Shown here: positions 27,369 through 36,819 of the stretch, piece by piece | Numbering within the stretch: the first letter of the stretch is position 1 | Layout of the letters: each line of letters begins with the position of its first letter | DNA from: Myxococcales bacterium | GTDB lineage: Bacteria; Myxococcota; Myxococcia; Myxococcales; Myxococcaceae | DNA: 64,000 bases | Direction: 5' to 3' | Assembly: GCA_030693825.1 (NCBI GenBank) | Contig: JAUXZV010000023.1 | Span: forward strand, 38,984-102,983 | The notes under the pieces: generated by a model | Database searches by the model: none | What the model saw: only the letters and a program-made list of their open reading frames with translations | What the model was told of the DNA's origin: nothing | Program-made: the position numbers and the translations under genes

Positions 27369-28367
27369 GTGTGGGTCACCTTCGTCATCGCGTCGATGCT
27401 CACCGCTGACGGCGACAGGGAGTGGCGCGCGCGCGTCGAGGCGGTCCTCGAGGCCCATCGGCTGAAGTACGCAGGGTGGAGGAAGCGCGCCCCGCCGCCA
27501 CGGGCCTCGCTGGTCGAGCTCGACCTCCCCGAGGCTGTGCTGTCGAGCTGTCTGGGCGGGCGAGACGGCGGGTCCTGTCCGGGCTCCGAGTGGCTGTACC
27601 TCGAGGCGCTCGCCGCGAAGGCGACCCCGACGTCGGCAGAAGTCGTCTTCAGCTGGGCCAGCCAGCAGCGGTATCCCGGCTCGGCGTACTGGTTGCTCGC
27701 GACGCGTGGCCCTCTTCGCTCCGTCGTCGAGCTGCAGCGGCGCGACCCGGCGTCGGCGACGCAGAGCCTCGCGTACGCGTTGGCGCGCGCTCGCGCAGGC
27801 GACCTCGAGCCGGTGGAGCGCTCCCGGCTGTACGAGCTGCTCCGAAGACACGTCGAACGCCCAGCGAACGGCGAACCGACGGAGCTCTGGCAAGCACTGC
27901 ACGCGCTCGACCCTGCTCGGGCACGAGACGAGCTCGCGGCGATGCTCGACACGCGCGGCGACATCTACGTCCTCTTCGGCCTGCAATGGGAGCCCCGGCC
28001 GATGAGCGACACCGTGCGCGCGGCGCTGCTGGCCCGGACGACAGACTGGGAGCGCTCGAGCCGCGACCTGTTCAACGACGTGCTCCTCGAGAACCTCGGC
28101 GACGAGGCGGTGCCGGCATTGAAGGCGTGGCTGTCGCGCGAGGCCACGCGTCGTGACGCTGCTGAAGCCGTGACGCGGTTGTTGCGGGTGGTGGCGCGTC
28201 AGCCGGGGTCCCCCGCCATCGACGCGTGGCTTCCCCAGCTCGTTCGCGACGAGCGTCTGCCTCAGTACGAGCGGTGGCTCGTGCTGCGCGCGGCCCGGGA
28301 GCGAAACCACCCGAAGGCGGCCGAGCTCTCGACGTGGTGGCGCTCGCTGAAGCGCTGCTGCGACTGA
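27369..28367 (+). CDS. Hypothetical protein (alpha-helical, HEAT/ARM-like)
   Basis: GTG start with high GC3. The 385-aa antisense ORF is Arg-rich noise. Confidence 0.5.
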   Translation: MWVTFVIASMLTADGDREWRARVEAVLEAHRLKYAGWRKRAPPPRASLVELDLPEAVLSSCLGGRDGGSCPGSEWLYLEALAAKATPTSAEVVFSWASQQRYPGSAYWLLATRGPLRSVVELQRRDPASATQSLAYALARARAGDLEPVERSRLYELLRRHVERPANGEPTELWQALHALDPARARDELAAMLDTRGDIYVLFGLQWEPRPMSDTVRAALLARTTDWERSSRDLFNDVLLENLGDEAVPALKAWLSREATRRDAAEAVTRLLRVVARQPGSPAIDAWLPQLVRDERLPQYERWLVLRAARERNHPKAAELSTWWRSLKRCCD

Positions 28368-28440
28368 TCCCTCATCGGGCGTTCGACCGACGGATGAGAG
28401 GTGGATGCCCGAGCGAGCCGCGCCAGGAGACGCTGGGCTC

Positions 28441-28929
28441 ATGACGGTCGATGAGCTCGAGCTGTTCGCGTTGGTCGTCCCCGCATCACGGTGTGGCGTG
28501 AAGTGGAGCGAGCTGAAGGGAGACGAGCAGGCGAGGACCTGCTCCCGGTGTTCGCAACGTCTTCACCGTGTCGAGTCGCTGTCGGCCGATGACGCCATCG
28601 CCCTGACTCGTGGCGACCAGGGCCGCGCGAAGCTGTTTCTGCGCCGCGATGGGACGGTGAAAGTGAGGGACTGCCCGAGCTCGAGAGCGGCGGAGTTCGT
28701 TCCACGCGCGAAGCTCCGCTGGCCAACCGTGCTGGTCTGCTTCGGCGTGTACCTGGTGTACCTCGCCCAGCTCATCACCCTCGCTGGCGACGAGATTCGT
28801 CACCATTTCGGAGCCTCAGCGAAGTGTGTGTGCGGGAGCATGGGCGAGCCACCACGCGGCCGAAAAGGAAGACCGGCAGTGGTGACGGTGCAGCCTCAGA
28901 CGCCCGCGTCGAACCTGTCGAGGAAGTAG
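28441..28929 (+). CDS. Hypothetical small protein with a CxxC pair and C-terminal TM helix
   Basis: MTVDELE start, about 162 aa. It has CSRCS and a hydrophobic WPTVLVCFGVYLVYLAQLITLAG segment. It makes a 34-bp tail overlap with the next gene. Confidence 0.35.
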   Translation: MTVDELELFALVVPASRCGVKWSELKGDEQARTCSRCSQRLHRVESLSADDAIALTRGDQGRAKLFLRRDGTVKVRDCPSSRAAEFVPRAKLRWPTVLVCFGVYLVYLAQLITLAGDEIRHHFGASAKCVCGSMGEPPRGRKGRPAVVTVQPQTPASNLSRK

Positions 28930-29699
28930 CTCGCGACGACGATGTCCGACTTGCGGCCCTGCGTGGTGAGGCGGCCGAAGTTGTCGAGCGAGAGCCGCTC
29001 CGTGGAGCGCGTCTTGCCGACGTCACGGCTCAGCTCGAGCGTGAACGCCGACTCCACGCCCGCACTCACCTTCCACGAGGTGTCCTTCTTCGTCGCCGCC
29101 TCGGGCAGCAGCCACTTCGCGTTCGAGAGCAGGCGCGTCGCGTCTTGTGGCGTCTTGCACTCGGCGCCCGCGAGCTTGCCCTGCGCGTTGAGCAGCACCG
29201 CGCGCTTCTGCGTCGGCGCCTCGGCGCCCTTCGGCGTCAGGCCCATTTCGAACAACGCGCCGTGTTCCGTCCGCACGGCCTTCTCGGGCACGGTGGGCGT
29301 CGCGTCCTTCACGTCGTCGAAGAGCGCAGGCAGCGAGTCGTTGAACGAGATGGTCTTCCAGGGGTTGCCGAGCACCTCGACGTCGTTGGAGCCGCCGAAG
29401 AGCGCCTGCGTCGACTTCTGCAGCTTGGCGAAGGTGGCGGCCTCGGCCGGCGTGGTCTTCGCGGCAATCGCCTCGGCCACGGCGTTCACCTGCTTCACGG
29501 CGAAGCCGTCGGGCACACCGGTGGGCGCGGTGAGGTGCTGAGCCACGGCCGGCACCTGGGGGTGCTGCATCGGAGCCTGCTGCACCTGCGAGGCCTCCTG
29601 CATGCGCTGCATCTCTTGAATCAACCGCACGCGGTCTGCGGGCGACTTCGGGGCCTCGGTACCGATGGGGGCGGTGGGCTTGCGCTCGTTCTGATTCAT
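28896..29699 (-). CDS. Hypothetical protein
   Basis: Start chosen at MNQNERKP (29699), 267 aa with no signal peptide. High GC3. Confidence 0.45.
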   Translation of the reverse strand: MNQNERKPTAPIGTEAPKSPADRVRLIQEMQRMQEASQVQQAPMQHPQVPAVAQHLTAPTGVPDGFAVKQVNAVAEAIAAKTTPAEAATFAKLQKSTQALFGGSNDVEVLGNPWKTISFNDSLPALFDDVKDATPTVPEKAVRTEHGALFEMGLTPKGAEAPTQKRAVLLNAQGKLAGAECKTPQDATRLLSNAKWLLPEAATKKDTSWKVSAGVESAFTLELSRDVGKTRSTERLSLDNFGRLTTQGRKSDIVVASYFLDRFDAGV

Positions 29700-29812
29700 G
29701 CCGGGCACTTTGTATGGAAACCGGAGCGGAGTGAAGTGGGGTGACACGCGCGCGCGACAGCCGAGCCCGCCGGCACCTCCCGCTGCGGCCGCGCCCGTGG
29801 CATGAGCGCGCC

Positions 29813-30835
29813 ATGTCACATCGGCTCTTCCGTCAGCTCGTCCTGGTCAGTGCGTTGTCCTCGTGTAGCGCGGTCATCCCCGTGGCTGGCACCGACGCCG
29901 GCTCCGTCGTCGATGCGATTGACGATGTGGACGCTGGTGCCGATGCCGGAGTCGTCGTCGACGCGGGCGTGGTGCCTGACGCTGGAGTCGATGCTGGCAC
30001 TTCAGGGCCCGACGCTGGCGCGGCCGACGCAGGCGTCGATCCGCTCGTCGCGATGCGGCCGTTCGACGTGACGGTGCCCGTGGGCTACCGGCCTGATCAA
30101 CCCGTGCCGCTGGTGGTGGTGCTCCACGGCTACACCGCGACGGCGCAGACGCAGGACCTGTACTTCGGCCTCTCCCGGCTGGCGCAGTCGCGCACCTTCC
30201 TCGTCGCGCTGCCGAACGGACTTCGCGACGACACCCTGCAGCAGTACTGGAACGCGACCGACGCGTGCTGCGCCTTCGGGAAGACGAACGATGACGTCGC
30301 CTATCTCACCGCCGTCATCCGTGACGTGCAGCGCCGGTTTGCAGTCGACCCGAGGCGCATCTTCCTCGTCGGGCACTCGAACGGCGGCTTCATGTCGCAC
30401 CGGCTCGCATGCGACCGCTCGAACCTCATCGCCGGCATCGTCGCGCTCGCGGGGAACACCTGGGCCGACGCCTCGAAGTGCAACCCGACCGACCCCGTCG
30501 CGGTGCTCCAGATTCACGGCACGCTCGACCCTGTCATTGCGTACAACGGCGGGGCGACGGTAGGGCAGCCGCCATATCCGTCTGCGCAAGACTCGGTGCG
30601 CTCGTGGGGCGCGAAGAACCGCTGCACCGGGGCCGGTCTGACCAGCATCGGTGGAGACCTCGACCTCGTCACCGCGCTCCTTGGCGACGAGACGAAGCGT
30701 GAAGGCTTCTCGGGCTGCCCGGCCAACGCCGCGGCCGAGCTGTGGACGATTCGCGGCGCGGGCCACCTGCCGCTCATCAGCGCCGCGTTCTCCGAGCGCC
30801 TCTACACGTGGCTGCTCGCGCACCCGAAGCCGTAG
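29813..30835 (+). CDS. PHB-depolymerase-family esterase (alpha/beta hydrolase) lipoprotein
   Basis: MSHRLFRQLVLVSALSSCS lipobox, then a DAG-repeat linker. The esterase core carries VVVLHGYTATAQ and the nucleophile elbow GHSNGG. Confidence 0.75.
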   Translation: MSHRLFRQLVLVSALSSCSAVIPVAGTDAGSVVDAIDDVDAGADAGVVVDAGVVPDAGVDAGTSGPDAGAADAGVDPLVAMRPFDVTVPVGYRPDQPVPLVVVLHGYTATAQTQDLYFGLSRLAQSRTFLVALPNGLRDDTLQQYWNATDACCAFGKTNDDVAYLTAVIRDVQRRFAVDPRRIFLVGHSNGGFMSHRLACDRSNLIAGIVALAGNTWADASKCNPTDPVAVLQIHGTLDPVIAYNGGATVGQPPYPSAQDSVRSWGAKNRCTGAGLTSIGGDLDLVTALLGDETKREGFSGCPANAAAELWTIRGAGHLPLISAAFSERLYTWLLAHPKP

Positions 30836-30836
30836 C

Positions 30837-32987
30837 TCACGCGCCTTTTCGTTTCAGCGTGGCGGCGGCGAGGTCGACACCGGTCGGTCCGGCTGGGAGC
30901 GCGGCGAGCAACCGAGACGCGACGTCGACCACGCTCTCTCCACCGAGGATCGCAAGCGGTCCCAGGTGCTGCGTGAGCGACGCGGCGAGCTGCTGATTCC
31001 CGAGCGACTTCAGCGTGGCGATGAGCTCGGGCTGCATCGACTCCATCTGCGACCGGAACGCGTTGACCTGCGCCGTCAGCGCGCGCTCGTCGACCTCGGC
31101 CGTCCGCGCCTTCGCCAGGGTCTGCGCCACGCTCGCCACCTCCAGCGCGTCAGCGTCGGTCTTCGCCTTGCCCAGCACCTCGATGCGCGTCGCCTCGACC
31201 TTGCCCTCTGCCTTCGCCGCCGCGAGCTGACGTCGCGCCGCTTCGAGCGCCAGCTCCGCCTCCTGCGTCTGGCGCTGCGCTTCGAACACGGCGCGGTCGA
31301 CCGTGTGCTTGGCCTGCTCCGTCAACAACCGCAGCCCTTCTTTGCGGCGCGCGACCTCTGACGTGATGGCGCTGCGCTGCGCGTCGGTGAGCAGCTCGTC
31401 GACGTCACCATCGAGGATCTGCACCTCGAGCACCTCGACGTCGTAGACGAGCATGCCGTTCTCTTCGAACTCGCGGCCTGTGCGCTTGTCGCCCTTCTTC
31501 TCGCCCAGCACCGCGCCCCGCAGAATCTCGGTGCTCGAGGCGTGAAAGCGGTCGATGGGCGTGGCCCGAACCGCGGCGCGCACGATGCTGCCCAGGTGGT
31601 CGCACAAGAGGGCGACGTAGTTGCTGACGTTGAACCACCGCGCGTCATCAGAGCCCGGGCTGCTCGAGAAGCTCACCCGGTACGACAGCCGCACCTCGAG
31701 CTGAACGTGATCGCTCGTGCGCACCTCGAGCCGGTCAGACACCTTGTTCCCGTCGACGAGGAGAAAGCAGGTCGGCAACAGCGCCGCGTCGGTCTTCGGC
31801 GTTCCCGTCGAGAGCGACAGCACGCCGAGCTCCTCGTCGAAGTCGAGGATGCGCACCTGCGGACCCTTCACGACTTCACGCCTCGTCTTCGCCGTCACCA
31901 GGACTGCGTAGCTGGGCGGAATGGTGATCGCCGGAGCCCGCGTGCCGTCGTAGCCTTTCAGGTTCCACCGCTTGATCGTCTCCGCATCCAGTGGCCGCTT
32001 CATCAGCTGCACGCGTGTCGGGTCAGGCAGATACGCGGCGGGGCCGGCGATGGTGCGAATCTGGCCTGTCGCGAGCTCACGCACCGAGATGGCTTCTTTC
32101 TCCGCGAGCGGAATCGACGACACCTCGCCCAGCACCTCGAGTGACTCGGTCGGGAAGAAGAGGTCTTCGCGGCCGGCGAGGAAGAGCTCCTGGCCTGCCT
32201 GGTATGTGCCCGGCGGCACCTGCTCTCCCGCCTTCGCCTCGAACGTCTTCACGACCCGTATGTGCAGGCCCTTGTCTTTGCGCATCGCGTACGCGGCGAA
32301 CACACGCGCGCCGGCGATGGTGTGAAACTCCTCCCACGCCTCGGGGAAGACGACGCCCGGCCCACGCACGAAGCGCCGCTGGCCGCGTGGCCCTCGCAGC
32401 ACGCAGTACTGACCGTCGACCAGAGTGACGGCGTTGCGAACGTAGGAACCGGTGCCGTCTGGCAGCACCTCGAGCCCGGTCTTCGGCAGGTAGAAGCTCA
32501 CCTCGCTGCCTTTGACGATGCGCTCACTGCCGATGGGCGCGGGATCTCCCTCGACCCGATCGGACACCCGCACGCGCAGGTACTGGTCTTCGTACAGCTC
32601 GTGCCCTGCGACGACGCGCGCCTTCTGACCGGGCCAGAGCGGAAACGACGCCGGCCCTGCCACGACGACGCGCCTTCCATTGAGCAGCTCGATCGCCGAA
32701 TTGTTGCCCTTCACCGGCTTCACCGCCGCGTCCTTCGCGGGGTTCTCGAGCACGACGTACTGGGTGCTCGATGCCGCGATGAAGGGACACACGCCCGACG
32801 CACCTTCTTCTCCTCGCACCGGCAGGAACCGCTCGTTCTTGAAGTCGACGAGGCGCTCGGTGTTCGAGAGCGAGATCTTCGTGGGCCCGACGTACAGCAC
32901 GATGTCGCCCTTGGTGAGGTCCTGCACGTAGGCGTACTCGTTCGAGGCGATGAGGATGTCGCGTTCGCGGACGTCACGTTCGGCCAT
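30837..32987 (-). CDS. Major vault protein (MVP) homolog
   Basis: 716 aa. The N-terminus YAYVQDLTKGDIVLYVGPTKISLSNTERLV parallels eukaryotic MVP [32 protein letters not shown]. Repeated MVP-repeat modules follow. The shoulder region ARWFNVSNYVALLCDHLGSIVRAAVRATPIDRFHASSTEILRGAVLG parallels MVP [46 protein letters not shown]. A long Ala/Glu/Lys-rich cap-helix segment is also present. Confidence 0.85.
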   Translation of the reverse strand: MAERDVRERDILIASNEYAYVQDLTKGDIVLYVGPTKISLSNTERLVDFKNERFLPVRGEEGASGVCPFIAASSTQYVVLENPAKDAAVKPVKGNNSAIELLNGRRVVVAGPASFPLWPGQKARVVAGHELYEDQYLRVRVSDRVEGDPAPIGSERIVKGSEVSFYLPKTGLEVLPDGTGSYVRNAVTLVDGQYCVLRGPRGQRRFVRGPGVVFPEAWEEFHTIAGARVFAAYAMRKDKGLHIRVVKTFEAKAGEQVPPGTYQAGQELFLAGREDLFFPTESLEVLGEVSSIPLAEKEAISVRELATGQIRTIAGPAAYLPDPTRVQLMKRPLDAETIKRWNLKGYDGTRAPAITIPPSYAVLVTAKTRREVVKGPQVRILDFDEELGVLSLSTGTPKTDAALLPTCFLLVDGNKVSDRLEVRTSDHVQLEVRLSYRVSFSSSPGSDDARWFNVSNYVALLCDHLGSIVRAAVRATPIDRFHASSTEILRGAVLGEKKGDKRTGREFEENGMLVYDVEVLEVQILDGDVDELLTDAQRSAITSEVARRKEGLRLLTEQAKHTVDRAVFEAQRQTQEAELALEAARRQLAAAKAEGKVEATRIEVLGKAKTDADALEVASVAQTLAKARTAEVDERALTAQVNAFRSQMESMQPELIATLKSLGNQQLAASLTQHLGPLAILGGESVVDVASRLLAALPAGPTGVDLAAATLKRKGA

Positions 32988-33129
32988 GGTGGTGCTCCCG
33001 TGCTGCGAGTGGTGCAGGGGAGCTGTGCGAGTCGGGTGCCAGCTGCGGAGCCACCGACTGCGCGGGGTTGTCAGCGCGCTGCGCCACGACGGCGCAAAGC
33101 CAGAGACCAGGCGCTCCAGACCGGAGCGC

Positions 33130-33627
33130 TCAGGGCGCGACGACGTCGATGGCCCGGTCGCTCATCGGCTCGAAGCCTCCGTCCGGCACGCGGCGCTCGA
33201 TGGCCATACACGTGAGCTGCACGCGTGTGCCGCCGTCGACCGGCTGCGCGCTCGCCGTGGTGACGTTCAGCTTCACGGTCGCCAGGCCTCCATCGGCGTC
33301 CAGAAACAGGGCGAGGTCCGTCAGGCTGCAGTCAGGGTCGTAGCGAGGGAGCACCCCAGGCCGAAGGCCCGTCGTGAACTGAAGCTCGAGGCGACCGCCT
33401 TCATGCGTGACGGAGACAAAGGTGCCACCGTCGACGACGCGCGCGACGTCTGGGGCGTTGGGGTTACCGCGCCCTCCAGTCACCGCTGCGAAGGACTCTC
33501 CGAGGCGAGCGCCAATGGCGCCCCCAATGGAGGTTCCGATGGCGTTGCCGAGGCACTCGCCGAAGCGGGGAGAGAGGCAGGCCGTGGCGAGGACCGGCAG
33601 GAAGATGAAGAAGGGTGCGAAGCGCAT
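33130..33627 (-). CDS. Small hypothetical lipoprotein
   Basis: MRFAPFFIFLPVLATAC lipobox, 165 aa with a Gly-rich segment. It lies 142 bp upstream of the MVP gene on the same strand. Confidence 0.5.
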   Translation of the reverse strand: MRFAPFFIFLPVLATACLSPRFGECLGNAIGTSIGGAIGARLGESFAAVTGGRGNPNAPDVARVVDGGTFVSVTHEGGRLELQFTTGLRPGVLPRYDPDCSLTDLALFLDADGGLATVKLNVTTASAQPVDGGTRVQLTCMAIERRVPDGGFEPMSDRAIDVVAP

Positions 33628-33768
33628 GAGCGGCCTTCGAGCAAACGGCGCGCCAGCACGAAGGCCGACAGAGGCGTCGTCGAAAACCCGATTGGTTGAC
33701 TCGAACCGCACGAGCCCAACGCCCGATTCTCTGACAGGTCTGTCACGGGTCGGCGCGGCATCGCGCCC

Positions 33769-34290
33769 GTGGAAGCGCTGCAGCAACCGAGCGCGTTGTC
33801 CGGCATGGTCCATCATTCTCGACTGGCGTGGAGGTCCATCGTGTCGCTGTGTCTGAGCTGTGGCCTCTGTTGTGACGGCACGCTGTTTCGTCGAGTCCCG
33901 CTCGAGCCCGGTGAAGGCGCCCGGCTCGGGGTCCGCGTTCGGCTCTCGGAAGAAGACGGCTCGCTCGTGCAGCCGTGTCGCGCGCTCTCGGAGCGGAAGT
34001 GCGGCGTCTACGAAGACCGCCCAGCGGTGTGCCGGAAGTTCCGCTGCCTCGCGCTCGAGCAGCTCGAGGCGGGCGAGCTCACCGAGGATGAAGCGCAGGA
34101 GCTGGTGAATGAAGCGCTCGCGCGTCGCCGCCGGCTCGCCGAGGTGATGGGCTTCGAGGACGAGGTGCATGCGCTCGCCCTCGCCCGCGCTCAGGCCGCC
34201 GCAGGCCTGCTGGGAGAAGAGGCCACCGCCGCCCTGGAGCGCTTGAGCCGCACGCTCTTCTTCCTGAACCTCACGGTTCAGCCGGGCTGA
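33769..34290 (+). CDS. YkgJ-family cysteine-cluster protein (UPF0153, CxxCxxCC)
   Basis: LCLSCGLCCDGTLF plus downstream Cys residues. 173 aa. Confidence 0.7.
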   Translation: MEALQQPSALSGMVHHSRLAWRSIVSLCLSCGLCCDGTLFRRVPLEPGEGARLGVRVRLSEEDGSLVQPCRALSERKCGVYEDRPAVCRKFRCLALEQLEAGELTEDEAQELVNEALARRRRLAEVMGFEDEVHALALARAQAAAGLLGEEATAALERLSRTLFFLNLTVQPG

Positions 34291-35366
34291 GCCGACCGCG
34301 CGACGGCTTCGGCGATGCACCGCTCTTCGTTCGTCGGCACCACCAGCACCTTCGCGCGCGACGACGGCGTCGAGCTGACGAGCGCGTTCGACGTGTTGGC
34401 CGCCGCGTCGACCGACAGGCCCAGCCACGCGAGGTGTCCGACGATGCGCGCCCGAATCACGGCCGAGCGCTCTCCGATGCCTGCGGTGAAGACGAGCGCG
34501 TCGAGGCCACCCAGCGCCGTCGCGAGTGACGCCACCTCGCGAGCGCAGCGCCTGACGAAGTACTCCACGGCGTCTGAGGCTTCTTGCGTGTCGGTCGCGA
34601 GCAGCGTGCGCATGTCGTTGGACACGCCAGAGAGTCCCTTCAACCCCGACTCCTTGTAGAGCAGCGCCTCGAGTGCTCCGAGGGTCATGCCCTTCTGATT
34701 GAGCAGGTAGAGCAGCACGCCGGGGTCGATGGTGCCCGTGCGGGTGCCCATCGGAAGGCCGTCGATGGTCGAGAAGCCCATCGTCGTCGCGACGCTGCGC
34801 CCGTTCGACATGGCGCACATCGACGCGCCGCTCCCGAGGTGCGCGACGACGACCTTCCCGGCGGCGACCTCTGGGGCGAGCTCGCGCAGCCGCGTCGCGA
34901 TGAACTGGTACGAGAGCCCGTGAAAGCCGAAGCGCCTGATGCCGTCGTCGTAGTACCGCCGGGGCAGCGCGTACGTCTCTTCGAGGAAGTCGTGGGTGCG
35001 GTGAAACGCAGTGTCGAAGCAGGCGAGCTGCCGCACGCCCTGAAACGCGGCGCGCGCGGCCTTGATGCCCGAGACGTTGTGCGGCTGATGGAGCGGCGCG
35101 AGCGGCACGAAACCCTCGAGCAGGCCCAGCGCCTCGTCATCGATGAGGACCGGCGCCGAGAAGCGCGTGCCGCCGTGCACGACGCGGTGACCGACCCCGA
35201 CGACCGTGACGCCTGCCGCCTTCGTCACCTCGAGCGCCTTCGCCATCGCCACTGCGCCCGTCTCTTCGATGGTGCCGCGGGTGAGCTCGGTGACCCCATC
35301 GCCAGAGAACAGCGCGTACTTCACCGTCGAGCTGCCCGCGTTGAGCGTGAGAATCGCGGGCGTCAT
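34278..35366 (-). CDS. ackA: Acetate/propionate kinase
   Basis: 362 aa. LNAGSSTVKYALF, HLGSGASMCA and TAGIGE motifs are present. The start overlaps the pta stop (ATGA). Confidence 0.9.
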   Translation of the reverse strand: MTPAILTLNAGSSTVKYALFSGDGVTELTRGTIEETGAVAMAKALEVTKAAGVTVVGVGHRVVHGGTRFSAPVLIDDEALGLLEGFVPLAPLHQPHNVSGIKAARAAFQGVRQLACFDTAFHRTHDFLEETYALPRRYYDDGIRRFGFHGLSYQFIATRLRELAPEVAAGKVVVAHLGSGASMCAMSNGRSVATTMGFSTIDGLPMGTRTGTIDPGVLLYLLNQKGMTLGALEALLYKESGLKGLSGVSNDMRTLLATDTQEASDAVEYFVRRCAREVASLATALGGLDALVFTAGIGERSAVIRARIVGHLAWLGLSVDAAANTSNALVSSTPSSRAKVLVVPTNEERCIAEAVARSAQPG

Positions 35367-36763
35367 GGCGTCGGAGGCACCGCCGACTTCCCGGTCCGGC
35401 GGAAGTGGGCCTCGAGCACGGCGACGGCGCAGCTCGCGAGGCGGGTGCTGTCGTCGTCGGCGCGGCTGGTGAGCATGATGGGCACCTTCGCGCCCACCAC
35501 CAGCCCGGGGCCTTCCGCGTGCGCCACGAAGGCGAGCTCCTTCGCCAGCATGTTGCCCGCCTCGATGTTCGGCACCATCAAGACGTTCGCGCGGCCTGCG
35601 ACGAGTGACGTGATGCCCTTGGTGCGCGCGGCTTTGAGCGACAACGCGTTGTCCATCGCGAGGGGGCCGTCGACGATGCCGCCGACGATCTGCCCGCGCT
35701 CCGCCATCTTCGACAGCACCGCCGCGTCGAGGGTCGACTGCATCGCGGGGTTGACGATCTCCACCGCCGACAGCACGCCCACTTTGGGCTGCGTGAAGCC
35801 CAGCGCCTGCGCGAGGAAGATGGCGTTCTGCACGATGTCGACCTTCTCTTCGAGCGTCGGCGCGATGTTGATGGCGGCGTCGGTGACGAGCAGCAGCTCG
35901 GGCAGGCCCGGCACGTCCATCACGAAGACGTGGCTGATGCGGCGCACCCCTCGCAGCCCGCCGTCTTTGCGCACCATGGGCTTGAGCAGCTCGTCGGTGT
36001 GGAGCTTGCCCTTCATCACCGCCTGCACCACGCCCTGGTTCGCGAGCGAGACGGCCTTCTCGGCGGCAGCGATCGGGCCCAGGGCCTCGATCAGCTCGAG
36101 CCCATCGAGCGAGGCGCCGAGGTTCTTCGCCACCGCGCGAATCTTCGCCACGTCACCAATCAGCACCGGCCGGATCAGCTCGTGCTTGAAGCTGAGCAGT
36201 GCCCCGCCGAGCGACGCGTCGTCTTCAGGGCACACCACCGCGGTCGCCAGCGGCTCGAGCGGCTCGCACGCCTTCATCAGCCGCTCGATGTGCTGGTGAC
36301 GCACGACGGTGATGGCGGGCAGCTCGTCATCGGAGACCTCGATGCGCGTCGAGGGCGCCGTCACTTCGGCCTCTCCCACCGCGACGACCCGTCCGTCGGC
36401 CGTGGTGACCTGGGTGTCGAAGGTGACGCGGCCATCACCGTGTTTCGCCTTCACCGTGACCTTCGCCGTGACGGTGTCGCCGACGCGCGCGCGGTCGGGG
36501 AAGCGGAAGTTCTGGGCGAGGTAGCGCGTCCCCGGGCCGGGGAGCCGATTGCCGAGCACTGCCGAGACCTGCGCGCCGGCCCACAAGGCGGGCGCCACGG
36601 CGTCACTCTTGCCGTCTCCATCGGAGTCGAAGGTCGGCAGCACCAGCGGGTTCGAGTTGCCGCTCGCGCTCGCGAAGACCCAGAGGTCATTCGCGGTCAC
36701 CTGTCGTTGAATCGACGCGGTCGCGCCGATGACGAGCTCGTCGTACGTCGTGTTTCGGGCCAT
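35363..36763 (-). CDS. pta: Phosphate acetyl/butyryltransferase with N-terminal MaoC-like hotdog domain
   Basis: 466 aa. The N-terminal ~150 aa form a MaoC dehydratase-like fold. The C-terminal PTA_PTB domain carries GGALLSFKHELIRPVLIGD ... VPNIEAGNMLAKEL. Confidence 0.85.
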   Translation of the reverse strand: MARNTTYDELVIGATASIQRQVTANDLWVFASASGNSNPLVLPTFDSDGDGKSDAVAPALWAGAQVSAVLGNRLPGPGTRYLAQNFRFPDRARVGDTVTAKVTVKAKHGDGRVTFDTQVTTADGRVVAVGEAEVTAPSTRIEVSDDELPAITVVRHQHIERLMKACEPLEPLATAVVCPEDDASLGGALLSFKHELIRPVLIGDVAKIRAVAKNLGASLDGLELIEALGPIAAAEKAVSLANQGVVQAVMKGKLHTDELLKPMVRKDGGLRGVRRISHVFVMDVPGLPELLLVTDAAINIAPTLEEKVDIVQNAIFLAQALGFTQPKVGVLSAVEIVNPAMQSTLDAAVLSKMAERGQIVGGIVDGPLAMDNALSLKAARTKGITSLVAGRANVLMVPNIEAGNMLAKELAFVAHAEGPGLVVGAKVPIMLTSRADDDSTRLASCAVAVLEAHFRRTGKSAVPPTP

Positions 36764-36819
36764 GCAGCGACGCTACGTCGAGCCGCCGGCTCGCCTCAGT
36801 GACTTTTTCGGAACGGCCT

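Noticed and set aside
26513-27964. 483-aa minus-strand ORF and overlapping 385-aa ORF 27285..28442
   Set aside because: Poly-Arg low-complexity sequence. The coding signal (GC3) is on the 25750-27273 (-) lipoprotein and the 27369-28367 (+) genes instead.
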